A stretch of DNA of 64,000 nt from an uncultured Phycisphaerales bacterium. Its GTDB lineage: Bacteria > Planctomycetota > Phycisphaerae > Tepidisphaerales > Tepidisphaeraceae. The notes below the pieces were generated by a model. That model searched no databases. It was not told where the DNA came from and worked only from the letters and a program-made list of their open reading frames with translations. The stretch lies in NCBI GenBank assembly GCA_963844715.1, contig CAWJPJ010000005.1, forward strand, positions 1 to 64,000, written 5' to 3'. Positions 23,362 through 34,966 of the stretch are shown piece by piece (within the stretch, counting starts at the first letter, position 1; every line of letters starts with the position of its first letter). A program made the translations under genes and the position numbers.

Positions 23362-24409
23362 TCAGCCCCGGCCGTCGGCTGGGTCGCCGGCGCATATCCC
23401 GGCGCCGGCGGCGGGGCGCCTCCGCCAGCAGCCTCGGTGAAAGCTCGCCCAATCGCGCCCGCGCCTCACCCGCCTCGGGCGAGGCCGGATAAGTCTGGCA
23501 AAGGAAGCGGTATTGATAGACCGCTCCCCTCGGCTCATGGGTCTTTTCGTACCACTGCGCGGTCTCCAGAATCTTGCGGGCAAAGGCGTCGTCGATCTGC
23601 TCGATCACCGACGGAATGTTCTCTTCCTGCGCCATGTCCGGATAGATCTTCTCGATGTCGATCAGTTGCGCTCGGGCGTCGATGAGGGTGGTGGCGTCGA
23701 ACTTAGTCCCGCGGAACTGCGCCAGGCATGAGAAGGCCGCCCGCAGCTTCACGCGAGCGATTTGCCGCACTGCGCGGGTATCTCTGCACATAAGAGGTAT
23801 AGGCGTCGAATGCCAGATCGTATTCCTGGCTGTTGTAGTAGTAATCCGCCGTCTCCAGCAGCACCTTCTCGGACAGCGGCGACCCCGGCGGCGCTGCTGA
23901 ATCCGGAACATCATTTCAATCCCCTGGTCGCTGGCGTCCAGAAACCGGAACCAGAGGAAGACGCGGCGATAGCCGGTTAAGAACGCGTGGGCGATGTCAA
24001 ACTGCTTTTGCAACGCCTGCTGAAAGAGCGGGCTCGAGGGATACTCGTCCATCAGCTCATCGCAGTAATAAAACGATTTGATGCGGTCGTCGGCCTGGTA
24101 GAAGACTTCCGCCAGAAGAAGAATGCACCGATCGCGGGCTCGCGATCTGGGATGGGTCTTCCACCAGTCCAGGAGGATTTTCTTCGCCGGCTTAAATTCC
24201 CCCCGAGCCAGAAGCGCCTCGGCTTCATCCAGAGCCGGCTCGACGACGGGCGTCGGGGGAGCCTCGGGGTGAACATCCACCCAATACCCGCTGTGAAACT
24301 CCCAGGTGTGCGTGTCCCCGTCATCACCCCGATCTCGATATCGATCAGCCAGCGCAACCGTGGCCAGACCCAGACTGACTAGCCCGATCGCCGCCGCCAT
24401 CCAACGCAT
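23362..24409 (-). CDS. bamD: Outer membrane assembly factor BamD-like TPR protein (indels)
   Basis: Signal peptide, DEYPSSP, LETAQWYEKT..AVYQYRFLCQTYPAS. Confidence 0.7.
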
Positions 24410-24492
24410 GGGCGGGATTGTAAGTGCAGCCCCTCGCCGGGGAAAGGCGGCGGATACCCATCGGGCCGCCTTTTTTCGCTATAATTTGACCC

Positions 24493-25482
24493 GTGCCGCA
24501 AGACTCCCAAAGCCCTCGGCGATTGCGCCTTCGCCCGCAAATGCGCGCGGCTTTGGCCGAGGTGCGGGTTTCGCGCAGCGAGCTGATCGTCCCGGTCTTT
24601 GTGCGGGATGGGACGGGAATCAAGCGGGAAGTCTCGTCGATGCCGGGCGTGCTTCAGATGTCGGTGGACGTCGCGGCGGACTGGATTGCGCAATTGGCCG
24701 ATCAGGGTTTTCCGGCGTTTATCGCTTTTGGCGTGATCGAAGCCGCCGGCAAGGATGGCGTCGGATCGGCGGCGCTCGATGAGAACAACGTGGTCTGCCG
24801 GCTCCTGCGCGAAGTGAAATCGCGCAAGATCCCGATCACCGCCATCACAGATCTTTGCTTTTGCGAATACACCAATCACGGGCACTGCGGTGTTTTGACG
24901 ACGGATCGATCGACGGTCGATAACGAGGCGACGCTGCCGCGCCTGGTTGAGCAGGCAATTTCCCACGCCCGCGCGGGCGCTGATCTGGTCGCCCCGAGCG
25001 GAATGATGGACGGGGCGGTGGGGGCCCTCCGTCGGGGATTGGATGGCGCGGGATTTGGCGACGTTTCGATCCTCGCTTACGCCGTGAAGTACGCCAGCGC
25101 TTTTTATGGGCCGTTCCGAGATGCCGCCGATTCCGCGCCGCAGTTTGGCGACCGCCGGTCTTATCAGATGGATCCCGCCCGAGGCAGCCGCGAGGCGATC
25201 CATGAGGCGGAGCTGGATATACAGCAAGGGGCCGACCTGATCATGGTGAAGCCCGCCGGTCCGTATTTGGATGTGATCGCGGCCGTGCGCGCCGCTACGC
25301 GTGTGCCGCTTGTCGCGTATCAAGTCAGCGGCGAATACGCCATGCTGCAGGCCGCGGCTGCCAATGGTTGGATTGATCGCGATGCCGCCGCCATGGAATC
25401 GCTTTTGTCCATCAAGCGCGCCGGCGCGGATTTGATCATCACCTACTTCGCCCCGCACTTGTCCAAACTTCTGCCGCGATGA
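24493..25482 (+). CDS. hemB: Porphobilinogen synthase
   Basis: DLCFCEYTNHGHCG, APSGMMDG, KYASAFYGPFRDA, MVKPA, AYQVSGEY. Confidence 0.97.
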   Translation: MPQDSQSPRRLRLRPQMRAALAEVRVSRSELIVPVFVRDGTGIKREVSSMPGVLQMSVDVAADWIAQLADQGFPAFIAFGVIEAAGKDGVGSAALDENNVVCRLLREVKSRKIPITAITDLCFCEYTNHGHCGVLTTDRSTVDNEATLPRLVEQAISHARAGADLVAPSGMMDGAVGALRRGLDGAGFGDVSILAYAVKYASAFYGPFRDAADSAPQFGDRRSYQMDPARGSREAIHEAELDIQQGADLIMVKPAGPYLDVIAAVRAATRVPLVAYQVSGEYAMLQAAAANGWIDRDAAAMESLLSIKRAGADLIITYFAPHLSKLLPR

Positions 25483-27227
25483 CTTCGCCATCGAATCAGC
25501 CGATTTTTGATCAGGCGGTCACCCTGCAAAACCGGGGTGAATTCGCACAAGCGGAAAGACTTTTTCTCCAGGTTCTGCAAACTGATCCCCGAAATGGGCG
25601 GGCCATGCATTGCATCGCGTTAATTGCCGGCCAAACCGGGCGGCCGAAAGAGGCGGTGCGCTGGATTGAAAAAGCCATCGCCATCGCGCCGCAAGCCGTG
25701 GAGTTGCACTACAACCTGGGGATTCTCCTTTCGGGCATGGGGGAATATGACAAAGCGATCGCGGCGTTTGAGCAATCGGTCCGGCTCCGTCCAGATTTTG
25801 CCGACGGCTGGTGCAGCCTGGCGACGGCGCATCGGAAATTTGAGGATTACGACAAGGCCATCGCGGCTGTGAAGACCGCCCTCGTCCACCAGCCGAATCT
25901 TGCGAAGGCGCATAACAATCTCGGATCGTATTACCGGGCGATGGGAAAGATGGACAACGCGCTGGCGTGCTACGATCGGGCCCTGTCCATCGAGCCGCAA
26001 AACGCGCCCGTGGCGAGCAATCGGCTGTATCTTCTTCCGTTTCATCCGCGTTTCGACGCGCGGGCGATTTTGCGCGAATGCCGCTCTTTTGACGAAAAGT
26101 TTGCGCGGCCGCTCGGCGGCGAAATTCGCCCGCATTCGAACGATAGAAATCCGGATCGCCGATTGCGCGTGGGGTTTCTTTCGCCGGATTTTCGAAATCA
26201 TTGTCAGGTTTATTTCACGACGCCGCTGTTGAAGAATCTCGACCACAATGAGTTGGAGATTTATTGCTATGCGGATGTGAAAGATCCGGACGATGTCACC
26301 GCGCGGCTGCGGGCATACGCATCGGTGTGGCGAAACATCGCAAACATGCCGGATCAAGCGGTCGCCGAGGGCGTTCGATCTGATCGCGTCGATATTCTTG
26401 TCGACTTGACGATGCACATGGCGGGGGGACGGCCGCTGGTCTTCGCTAGAAAGCCTGCGCCGGTTCAGGTTGCGTGGCTGGCGTATCCGGGGACGACGGG
26501 GTTGGGGGCCATGGATTATCGGTTGACCGATCCTTATCTCGATTCTGGAACGGATGGGGATTATTCGGAGAAGTCAGTGAGGCTTTCGGATTCGTTTTGG
26601 TGTTACGATCCTTTGAGTGAGGGTCCGGGGGTGCAAGCACCCCCGGCTTCGCGGGATGGGTTTGTTACTTTTGGGTGTCTTAATAACTTTTGTAAGGTGA
26701 ATGTTGAAATGCTTGGGGTTTGGGGCCGGGTCATGGAGCAAGTCCCAAACTCCCGCTTGGTTATGATGTGTCCGCCGGGGGGACATCGCGAGGCGGTCAT
26801 CAACGCTCTGGGTGTGGAATCTGGCCGCGTCAGCTTCGTGCCTTTACAGGCGCGGGGGGATTATCTGGCCACGTATGCGCGGATTGACGTGGCGCTGGAC
26901 ACGCTTCCTTACAGCGGACACACTACCAGCCTGGACGCATTTTGGATGGGCGTGCCGGTCGTGACCTGGATCGGCAAAACCGTCGTCGGCCGGGCCGGCT
27001 GGAGCCAGTTGAACAATCTGGGATTGCCGGAATTGGCGGCCCATGGCGAGGCGGATTTCGTTCGCATCGCGTCGGAATTGGCCGGGGATTTGCCTCGGCT
27101 TTGCGAATTGCGGGCCGGACTGCGGCGGCGGATGGAGAAATCCCCGCTTATGGACGCACCGCGATTCGCTCGATCCATGCAGGGGGCCTTGCGCGGCATC
27201 TGGCGCGACTATTGCCGATCAGTCTAA
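25479..27227 (+). CDS. TPR plus GT41 (SPINDLY-like) glycosyltransferase, intact
   Basis: TPRs, RLRVGFLSPDFRNHCQ, DILVDLTMH, KPAPVQVAWLAYPGTTG, DTLPYSGHTTS. Confidence 0.9.
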   Translation: MTSPSNQPIFDQAVTLQNRGEFAQAERLFLQVLQTDPRNGRAMHCIALIAGQTGRPKEAVRWIEKAIAIAPQAVELHYNLGILLSGMGEYDKAIAAFEQSVRLRPDFADGWCSLATAHRKFEDYDKAIAAVKTALVHQPNLAKAHNNLGSYYRAMGKMDNALACYDRALSIEPQNAPVASNRLYLLPFHPRFDARAILRECRSFDEKFARPLGGEIRPHSNDRNPDRRLRVGFLSPDFRNHCQVYFTTPLLKNLDHNELEIYCYADVKDPDDVTARLRAYASVWRNIANMPDQAVAEGVRSDRVDILVDLTMHMAGGRPLVFARKPAPVQVAWLAYPGTTGLGAMDYRLTDPYLDSGTDGDYSEKSVRLSDSFWCYDPLSEGPGVQAPPASRDGFVTFGCLNNFCKVNVEMLGVWGRVMEQVPNSRLVMMCPPGGHREAVINALGVESGRVSFVPLQARGDYLATYARIDVALDTLPYSGHTTSLDAFWMGVPVVTWIGKTVVGRAGWSQLNNLGLPELAAHGEADFVRIASELAGDLPRLCELRAGLRRRMEKSPLMDAPRFARSMQGALRGIWRDYCRSV

Positions 27228-27234
27228 TTCATCC

Positions 27235-29413
27235 ATGAGTGATTCATCCATCGAAAGCATGTACGACGAGGCGGTGAGGCATCACCAGGCCAATCGCTTG
27301 CCCGAGGCCGAGGAACTCTATCGTCAGCATCCTCGAGCAAGACCCGAATTACGCGGATGCCCTGCATTACCTCGGCGTGATTCTCCGCCAGAGCGGCCAG
27401 ACCGAGGAGGCGATCAAGTCGATCCGCCGCGCCATCGAAATCAATCCAAAGCAATCCCATTATCCGTTCAATCTCGGCGTGGTGCTCGTCAAGGCGGCGC
27501 GATGGGAGGAAGCGGTGGCCGCATTTCGTCAAGGCGCTCGAACTGCGCCCGAATTTTGCCGACGCCTGGCACAATCTGGGGGACGCCTATTACGCCATGC
27601 AGCGGCACGAGGATTCGGTATCCGCTTATCGCCAGGCGCCTCGCACTCGAGGCCCAAGCACGTCGAAGCCCACAACAATTTGGGCATGGCGCTGCTTTCG
27701 CTGGAGCGCTTCGCCGACGCCACGGCGGAATTTCGCGAGGCCGTGGCCCTTCGCCCCGATTACCCGCGCGCTTGCAACAATCTCGGGACGGCGCTGCGTC
27801 TGCAGGATCAATGGGAAGAGGCCATCACCTATTTTCAAGCGCGCCGCCAAGCTCCAGCACGATTTCGCGGATGCCTATGTCAACCTCGGCAAGGCGCTGA
27901 TCCACGAGGGCAGCACCTACGAAGCGGAGAACGTCTTCCGAAAGCTCATTGAATTGCGTCCGGACCAGGGCGAAGCGCATTTCGATCTCGGGTGCACCCT
28001 CCGCCTGAACTATCAGCACGAACAGGCGGTGGAAGAATTCACCAAGAGCCGTCGCGCTCAATCCGGAATCGATTGCCGCGCAGAACAATCTTGCCGCCGC
28101 GCTCAATCATCTGGGGCGTCTGGATGAGGCCCTGGCCGTCTACGGCGAGGTTCTAAAGATGGACCCCAGCTTGATCGCCATCGACAGCAATCGCCTCTTC
28201 ACGATGCAGTTTCATCCCGGATATGACAGCCAGGCAATTCTCCGCCACCATATCGAATGGAATATCCGCCAGGCCGAGCCGCTGGCGTCGCAAATCCTCC
28301 CGCACGATAACGACCCCGATCCCAACGCGCCGGCTGCGAATCGGGTATCTCTCCCCCGACTTCAAAAATCACTGCCAGCAATTCTTCACCGTCCCCGTCC
28401 TTTCGAATCATCATCACGACGGCTTTGAGATCTTTTGTTACGCCGACGTGCGGCAGATCGACGACGTGACGACGGTTCTGCGCGGCTACGCCGACGTTTG
28501 GCGCGACATCAACGCGATTGAATATCCGGAAATCGTGAAGCGCATCCGAGACGACAAGATCGACATTCTGGTGGATCTGACCATGCACATGGCGGACTGC
28601 CGGCGGCTCGTTTATGCGCTAAAGCCCGCACCCATCCAGATCGCGTGGCTCGCCTATCCCGGCACAACAGGCATGCCGACGATCGACTATCGCCTTACCG
28701 ATCCTTATCTCGATCCGCCCGGCGAGCATGATGAGGATTACACTGGAAAATCGATCCGCATGCGCGCACACGTTCTGGTGTTACGATCCGCGGGCCAAGT
28801 CGCCGAAGGTCAACCATCTCCCTGCGCTGAGCACGGGGTACATCACCTTCGGGTGCATGAACAACTTTGCCAAGGTCAGCGACCCGGCGCTGCGCCTTGG
28901 GGGAAAGTTCTGGCGGCCATTCCGGATTCGCGGCTGATTCTCATGTCGCCGCCCGGAAATGTGCGGAAGCGAATTCCCGACCTTCTCGGCGTCGACCCGG
29001 GCCGCGTGGAATTCCTGCCGTTTCAATCGCGCGAAAATACCTCAGGACCTATTACCGCATCGATCTCGGCTTGGACACCATTCCTTATAATGGGCATACA
29101 ACCAGTCTCGATTCCCTTTGGATGGGCGTGCCGGTGGTTACGCTGGTCGGAAAAACCGTCGTCGGGCCGCGGCCGGTTGGAGCCAGCTTAGCAATCTCGA
29201 TATGCGGGAATTCGCGGCGTTCTCGGAGGAGGATTTTGTGCGCGTCGCGGTCGAAAGAACGCGCAATCTCCGCAGGCTGGCGGAAATTCGCGCGGAATTG
29301 CGCGGCCGCATGGAAAATCGTCCCTCATGGACGCGCCCCTTTTCGTGAGCGGTCTGGAGGGAATTTACCGCCGGCTCTGGACCGAATGGTGTGCCGCTCA
29401 CAAGCGGCCGTGA
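27235..29413 (+). CDS. TPR plus GT41 glycosyltransferase, many indels
   Basis: Longer TPR array; RIGYLSPDFKNHCQ, KPAPIQIAWLAYPGTTG, DTIPYNGHTTS. Confidence 0.85.
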
Positions 29414-29436
29414 CCGGCATCGTTTAGAATCCAATC

Positions 29437-31097
29437 ATGGACTTGCCCACCAGCGCCGACGCCCTTCATCGAAACGGCGTCGAGGCGTATCAATCGGGGG
29501 GCTCGACCGACGCCCTCAGGCTCATCGCCGAAGCCGTTCGGCTCGCGCCAATCGGGCTGATTTTCGAAACAATCTGGGGCTGGTCCTGTCCGATTCCGAT
29601 CCGGAGGGCGCCATCGCCGCCTTTCGCGAGGCGGTTGCCATTCAGCCCAATCTCGCCCTCGCCCATAAGAATCTGGCGATGATGCTCGCCCCGCGCAGGT
29701 CGCGTTCGATGAGGCGATCGCCGAGTTCTCCCTGGCCCTGGAATTTGGCGCCGATGTGGTCGCCGAATTGAGCGAAATGGCCGAGGCGATGCGACACCGC
29801 GCAAACCTGTATCAGGCCCTCGAGTGTTACGACCGCATCCTGGCCGCCCGCCCGCAGAATCCCGTCATCGCCGGCGAGCGGTGCTACCTCCTGCAACATC
29901 TTTCTCATTTCGATGGGCAAGCGATCTTGCGCGAGCATCGGGCATGGAACGATCGATTCGCCAAACCGCTGCAATCCGAAATTCGCCCCCATGAAAACGA
30001 TCGCGACCCGGACCGGCGATTGCGCAGCGGCTACGTCTCCCCCGATTTTAAAAATCATTGCCAGAAGTTTTTCACGATCCCGCTTTTCTCAAATCACGAT
30101 CACAAGGCCTTTGAGATCTATTGCTATTCGAGTGTTGATGAGCCGGACGACGTGACGCATAAGATCAGGCAATATGCCGACCTGTCGCGCACTGTCGCAG
30201 GCGAGACCGACGAGAAGCTGGCTGAAATCATTCGCCGGGACCGCGTCGACATCCTGGTGGATCTGACGATGCACATGCCTCACGGGCGGCCGCTGCTTTT
30301 TGCGCAAGCCGGCGCCGGTTCAGATTGCCTGGCTCGCGTATCCTGGAACGACCGGGTTGGACGCGATGAATTACCGGTTGACCGATCCTTATCTGGATCC
30401 ACCGGGGGAAGGGGACGCCAACTATTCCGAGAAATCAATTCGGTTGCCCAATACGTTTTGGTGCTTCGACCCTGGCCGGGGCGGTCCGGCAGTGCAAGCA
30501 CTGCCGGCTTTGCGGAATGGGTTTGTTACGTTTGGGTGTCTGAATAATTTTTGCAAAGTGAATCAGGATATGGTGCGCATTTGGGGGAAAGTGCTTCAGG
30601 AATTGCCCAACTCTCGGCTGGTGCTTCGTCTCGATCCTTCGATCGGCGCCGTATGGGTCCCGCGAGTTTTGGGCGTCGATCCCTCGCGCGTGGAATTCAT
30701 CGGCCACCACGATCACCACGATTTCCAAAAGGTCTTTCATCGCATCGACCTCGGTCTGGACGTGCTGCCTTACAATGGGCACACGACCAGTCTCGATTCG
30801 TACTGGATGGGCGTCCCCGTGGTGACCCTCGTCGGCAAAACCGTCGTCGGCCGGGCCGGTTTGAGCCAGCTCAATAATCTGGGGCTGACGGAACTGGTGG
30901 CTTTTAACGAAGCCGATTTCGTGCGCATCGCGGTCGGGCTAGCCAACGATTTACCGCGATTGTCCGAACTTCGCCGAACGCTTCGCCGGCGAATGCAAAA
31001 TTCGCCCCTGATGGATGCGCCGAAATTTGCCCGCGATGTGGAAAACATCTATCGCCAGGTCTGGCGGGAATGGGTGCGCTCGCATGTTCCTGGTTGA
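29437..31097 (+). CDS. TPR plus GT41 glycosyltransferase, indels
   Basis: SPDFKNHCQ, KPAPVQIAWLAYPGTTG, DVLPYNGHTTS. Confidence 0.85.
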
Positions 31098-31880
31098 TCG
31101 CCTGCTCGAGCAATTTCCCAAAGCCAAGCGACAGACGCTCAAGCGGATGGTCGAGTCCGGGCGAGTTACAATCAACGGCGCGAAAGCTTCGAAATTGAAA
31201 CAAGAAGTCGATGAAGGCGACGCCATTCGAATTGATTCAGCCTCCGAGCCGCGCGAAGAGTCGCTTCCCTTTCGGATCATCCACGAAGACGAGGACATCA
31301 TCGTCATCGACAAACCCGCCGGCTTGCTGACCAGCACGGTCCCGCGCGAGCCGCGCCCGACGGCGCTGGCGGCTCTCCGCCGGCGCGGTCGGGTTGGTTT
31401 AATCCACCGTCTCGATCGGGACGCCTCCGGCCTTCTTATCTTTTCCAAAAATTCGCGTGCCCTGGCGTCCCTGAAAAGCCAATTCTTCCATCACACCGCG
31501 ACGCGCGTTTACCTGGCGATTGTCTCGCTGCCGCCAAAGCAAACCCAGGGGCGATTGGAATCTGTCCTTAGCGAGCGCGCCGACGGAACCGTCCGCTCCG
31601 TCAAGACGGGCGGGCAGCGCGCCGTCACCCATTTCGAGACCCTGCGACAAATTGGCGATCGCGCTCTCCTCGCGTTACCCTCGAAACCGGAAAAAAACAT
31701 CAAATCCGCGTTCATCTGTCCGAATTGGGCTCGCCCATCGTCGGCGACACGCTTTACGGCGGGAAGTCCAATTCCGCCGGGCTTTTACTGGCAGCCGTTG
31801 AATTGCAAATCGATCACCCGAAAACCGGCCGCCGTATGACATTTCAAATCGATCCGCCTCCACCCATGAAAATTGCGTGA
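31084..31880 (+). CDS. RluA-family pseudouridine synthase (indel near 31675)
   Basis: S4-like N-terminus, [24 protein letters not shown]. Confidence 0.88.
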
Positions 31881-31912
31881 ACGTTCTGTAGAATGTTCCG
31901 AACTTGAGTTCC

Positions 31913-32720
31913 ATGCCCGATCCTTCGCCGACCACTCGCCTGCTTCTTCCGGCGATTTCCCTTTGCCAGCGCGAATTGGTCCGATTTCTCCGCCAGCGAT
32001 CGCGGATCATCGGCGGCTCTGGCGACCCCGGTCCTCTTTTGGATCGTCCTCGGCGCGGGCGTCGGGCAAAGCTTCCATTCCGGCGTCCCCGGCGGCGATA
32101 ACTTCCTGCAATATTTCTTCGTCGGAACGCTCATCATGATTCTCCTCTTCACGGCCATCTTCTCGACGATCTCCGTCATCGAGGACCGCCGCGAAGGATT
32201 TCTGCAATCCGTCCTGGTCGCCCCTGTGTCCCCCATGGCCATCGTTTTGGGCAAAGTGCTGGGCGGCACGCTGTTGGCAACCGGGCAGGGAGTGATCTTT
32301 CTGCTGCTGGCGCCGCTGATCGGTGTTCACCTGAGCGTCGGGTCGTTCCTGGCGGCTGTCGCGGTCATGCTCCTGGTCGGGTTCGCGCTGAGCGCGCTCT
32401 CCTTCTGCATCGCCTGGCGAATGAGTTCGACGCAGGGCTTTCACGTCATCATGAATCTGTTCTTGCTCCCCATGTGGTTTTTGTCCGGCGCGATGTTCCC
32501 GGCCCAGGGGGCCAAAAGCGTCATGCGCTGGATCATGAGCGTTAATCCGCTGACCTACGGCGTCTCGGCGCTGCGCCGGGCTATTTATTGGTCCGACGGC
32601 TCGGCCCTCACTCTGCCAGGCTGGACGCTGTCCCTGGGCGTCACGCTTTTGTTCGCGGCGGTGATGTTCTGGATGGCCGCCACGATCGCGCGCGGCCGCG
32701 TGGCCGCCGATTGGCAATAG
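31913..32720 (+). CDS. ABC-2 type transporter permease (indel near 32020)
   Basis: IEDRREGFLQSVLVAP, GKVLGG, WFLSGAMFP, NPLTYG. Confidence 0.88.
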
Positions 32721-32726
32721 GAGATT

Positions 32727-33377
32727 ATGAGCAGGCCGCAAAAAACCGTGGTGATCACGATGTGGATCCTGGCGGTCGGCGCCATGATGGGGTTCCTGGC
32801 CCTTCGGACTCTTCCCGCCGAGCAGTCGTCCACCGCGGCCGCGGTGGCCCCCGTGGCCCAGGTTGCCGAGCCTCCCGTCCTTTACGACGCCCCCAAATTC
32901 ACCCTGACCAGCCAGGACAATGTTCCCTTCACGAGCGACCAGCTTCGCGGGCATCCGTGGGTCGCTGATTTTATCTTCACGACGTGCACAAGCCTCTGTC
33001 CGGTGATGTCCACGCATATGTCGGCTCTGCAAAGCGAGTTGCCGTCGGATATCAAGCTGGTTTCATTCTCCGTCGATCCGCAGCACGACACGCCCGCCCT
33101 GTTGCGCCAGTACGCCTCGCATTACGACGCCCAGCCCGGCCGATGGATTTTCCTCACCGGGGATTTGAAGACGCAGACCGCCGTCGTCTCCGGAATGAAG
33201 CTCTATTTCAAACCCGCCGACGGCGCGAGCCCTATTCAGCACGATCAGCATTTCATCCTTGTGGACAGCCAGGGTCGCGTCCGCAACTACTATGACTCCT
33301 ATTCCCAGGACGACATGGATCATCTCATCCGCGACGCAAAAACCCTCGACCAATCCGCCAGCGGGGGAACGCAGTGA
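32727..33377 (+). CDS. SCO family copper chaperone
   Basis: FIFTTCTSLCP (CxxxC), FSVDPQHDTP, QHDQHFILVD. Confidence 0.92.
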   Translation: MSRPQKTVVITMWILAVGAMMGFLALRTLPAEQSSTAAAVAPVAQVAEPPVLYDAPKFTLTSQDNVPFTSDQLRGHPWVADFIFTTCTSLCPVMSTHMSALQSELPSDIKLVSFSVDPQHDTPALLRQYASHYDAQPGRWIFLTGDLKTQTAVVSGMKLYFKPADGASPIQHDQHFILVDSQGRVRNYYDSYSQDDMDHLIRDAKTLDQSASGGTQ

Positions 33378-33811
33378 ATTCCGGCTTCGGCTTCCCCGAA
33401 CTCAACGCCACGCTTAACGCCGTCAGTGCCATCCTGCTTGTGATCGGATTCTGCTTCATCAAATCCGGCCGCTGGTATGCCCACGCCTGCATGATGATCA
33501 GCGCCACGTGCGTCTCCGCCGTCTTCCTCGCCTGCTATCTCACCTACCACATCCTCCACGGCGAGCGCAGCACGCGCCTGAGCCATGCGCCGCATTCGCT
33601 TCGCATGTTTTATTTTGCCGTGCTGTTTCCGCACCTGATTTTGGCGGTCGCGATGCTGCCGATGATCTACCTGACGCTCTACCGCGCGTATCGAAGGGAT
33701 TGGGTCCGGCACCGCAAGATCGCGCCGCCGACGTTCTGGATTTGGCTGTACGTCTCGGTCAGCGGCGTGGCCGTATATTTTCTGCTGTATCACACGGCGT
33801 TGAATTCGTGA
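33374..33811 (+). CDS. DUF420 membrane protein
   Basis: PELNATLN, FLACYLTYH, HLILA, HRKIA..WLYVSVSGV. Confidence 0.9.
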   Translation: MNSGFGFPELNATLNAVSAILLVIGFCFIKSGRWYAHACMMISATCVSAVFLACYLTYHILHGERSTRLSHAPHSLRMFYFAVLFPHLILAVAMLPMIYLTLYRAYRRDWVRHRKIAPPTFWIWLYVSVSGVAVYFLLYHTALNS

Positions 33812-33812
33812 G

Positions 33813-33941
33813 GCGGAAACCCGAAACCAGAAATCCGAATGACGAACCAAATCCGAATGCCTGAATGAACGAAATCGCTGTTCGCCCATTCGGTCATTCG
33901 GGCTTGATTCGTCATTCTGGTTTCAGGTTTCGGATTTCCGC
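33813..33941. repeat. Long imperfect hairpin of 7-bp tandem units between convergent genes
   Basis: About 55-bp arms GCGGAAACCCGAAACCAGAAATCCGAATGACGAA... and ...TTCGTCATTCTGGTTTCAGGTTTCGGATTTCCGC. Confidence 0.85.
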
Positions 33942-34559
33942 TAATCAATCGCCGCAAAATTTGCCAAAACCTTAAGCCCAACCTTCTGGCTCTTCTCCGG
34001 GTGAAACTGCGTGGCAAAGATATTGTCCTTGCGGATGCTGCTCACGAACGGCCTGCCATAGTCCGTCTCGGTGGCGATCACGCTCGGGTCGTTCGGCACC
34101 ACGTGATACCCATGCACAAAATAGACGCTGCACCCAGCCGGCAAATCGCGCAGCACGGGTGACGGGTTTCTCGTGATGAGCTGGTTCCACCCCATGTGCG
34201 GCACCTTCAGCCCCATTTTTTGATCCACGTCGAAGCGAACGCACTTGCCGGGGATAATCCCCATGCCGCGGTGCTCGCCGTCCTCGTAGCCCACATCGAC
34301 AAGGAGTTGCAGGCCGAGGCAGATTCCCAAAAACGGCCGGCCGCGCTCGATGTGCCGTTTGATCGGCTCGACGAGATTCTTCGCCTTCAGCGTCGCGATC
34401 GCATCCTGGAACGCTCCGACGCCCGGCAGGATGATCCGTTCCGATTTCTCGATCTCCTCCGGCGTCGAAATAATCCGCGCATCGGCTTGCACCTCGGCCA
34501 GCGCTTTCAGCACCGAGGCGCAGATTTCCCATTCCGTAATCGACGATTCCGATGGCCAT
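33941..34559 (-). CDS. hisH: Imidazole glycerol phosphate synthase subunit HisH (indel near 34520)
   Basis: MAIGIVDYGMGNL, LPGVGAF, GICLGLQ, PHMGWN, QFHPEKS. Confidence 0.95.
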
Positions 34560-34586
34560 AGATTTGAGTATACGCAGACCGCGGAC

Positions 34587-34955
34587 TTACGACGAGGCGG
34601 GGGGATGTTCCGGTTCCTGCGGGGCGGCAACCGGCTTGGTTTGCAGCATGTCAGCCTTGGCTTTCAAATCCGCCAGGTCCTTCTGGGCCTGGACCGTCGC
34701 GGTATTCGATCGAAGTTGACGGATCTGTTTCACGGTGCGGAAAGCCATTCGCACCATCAGCGTTCCCACCACGCCGGCCAGCAGCAGCGATGGAATCATT
34801 TGCAGCAGCGAAGTCCTCAGTATGTGCCCGAACCACACCCACACATCCAGCGGCTGGCCGGAATTTTGAAGGATGAACATCAGCAGATAGACCAGGGCCA
34901 GGACAAAGACGCCGATCTTGGTCCAGACTTTGATCTTGAGCCACAGGTCGTTCAT
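34587..34955 (-). CDS. Small membrane protein, LapA/DUF1049-like
   Basis: Two TMs with FILQN..V.VWFG and a coiled C-terminus. Confidence 0.55.
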   Translation of the reverse strand: MNDLWLKIKVWTKIGVFVLALVYLLMFILQNSGQPLDVWVWFGHILRTSLLQMIPSLLLAGVVGTLMVRMAFRTVKQIRQLRSNTATVQAQKDLADLKAKADMLQTKPVAAPQEPEHPPASS

Positions 34956-34966
34956 CGCGGGAAATC

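Noticed and set aside
25479..31097. Diversity-generating retroelement suggested by near-identical segments among GT41 paralogs
   Set aside because: No reverse transcriptase, and differences are mainly synonymous rather than adenine-specific; ordinary paralogy
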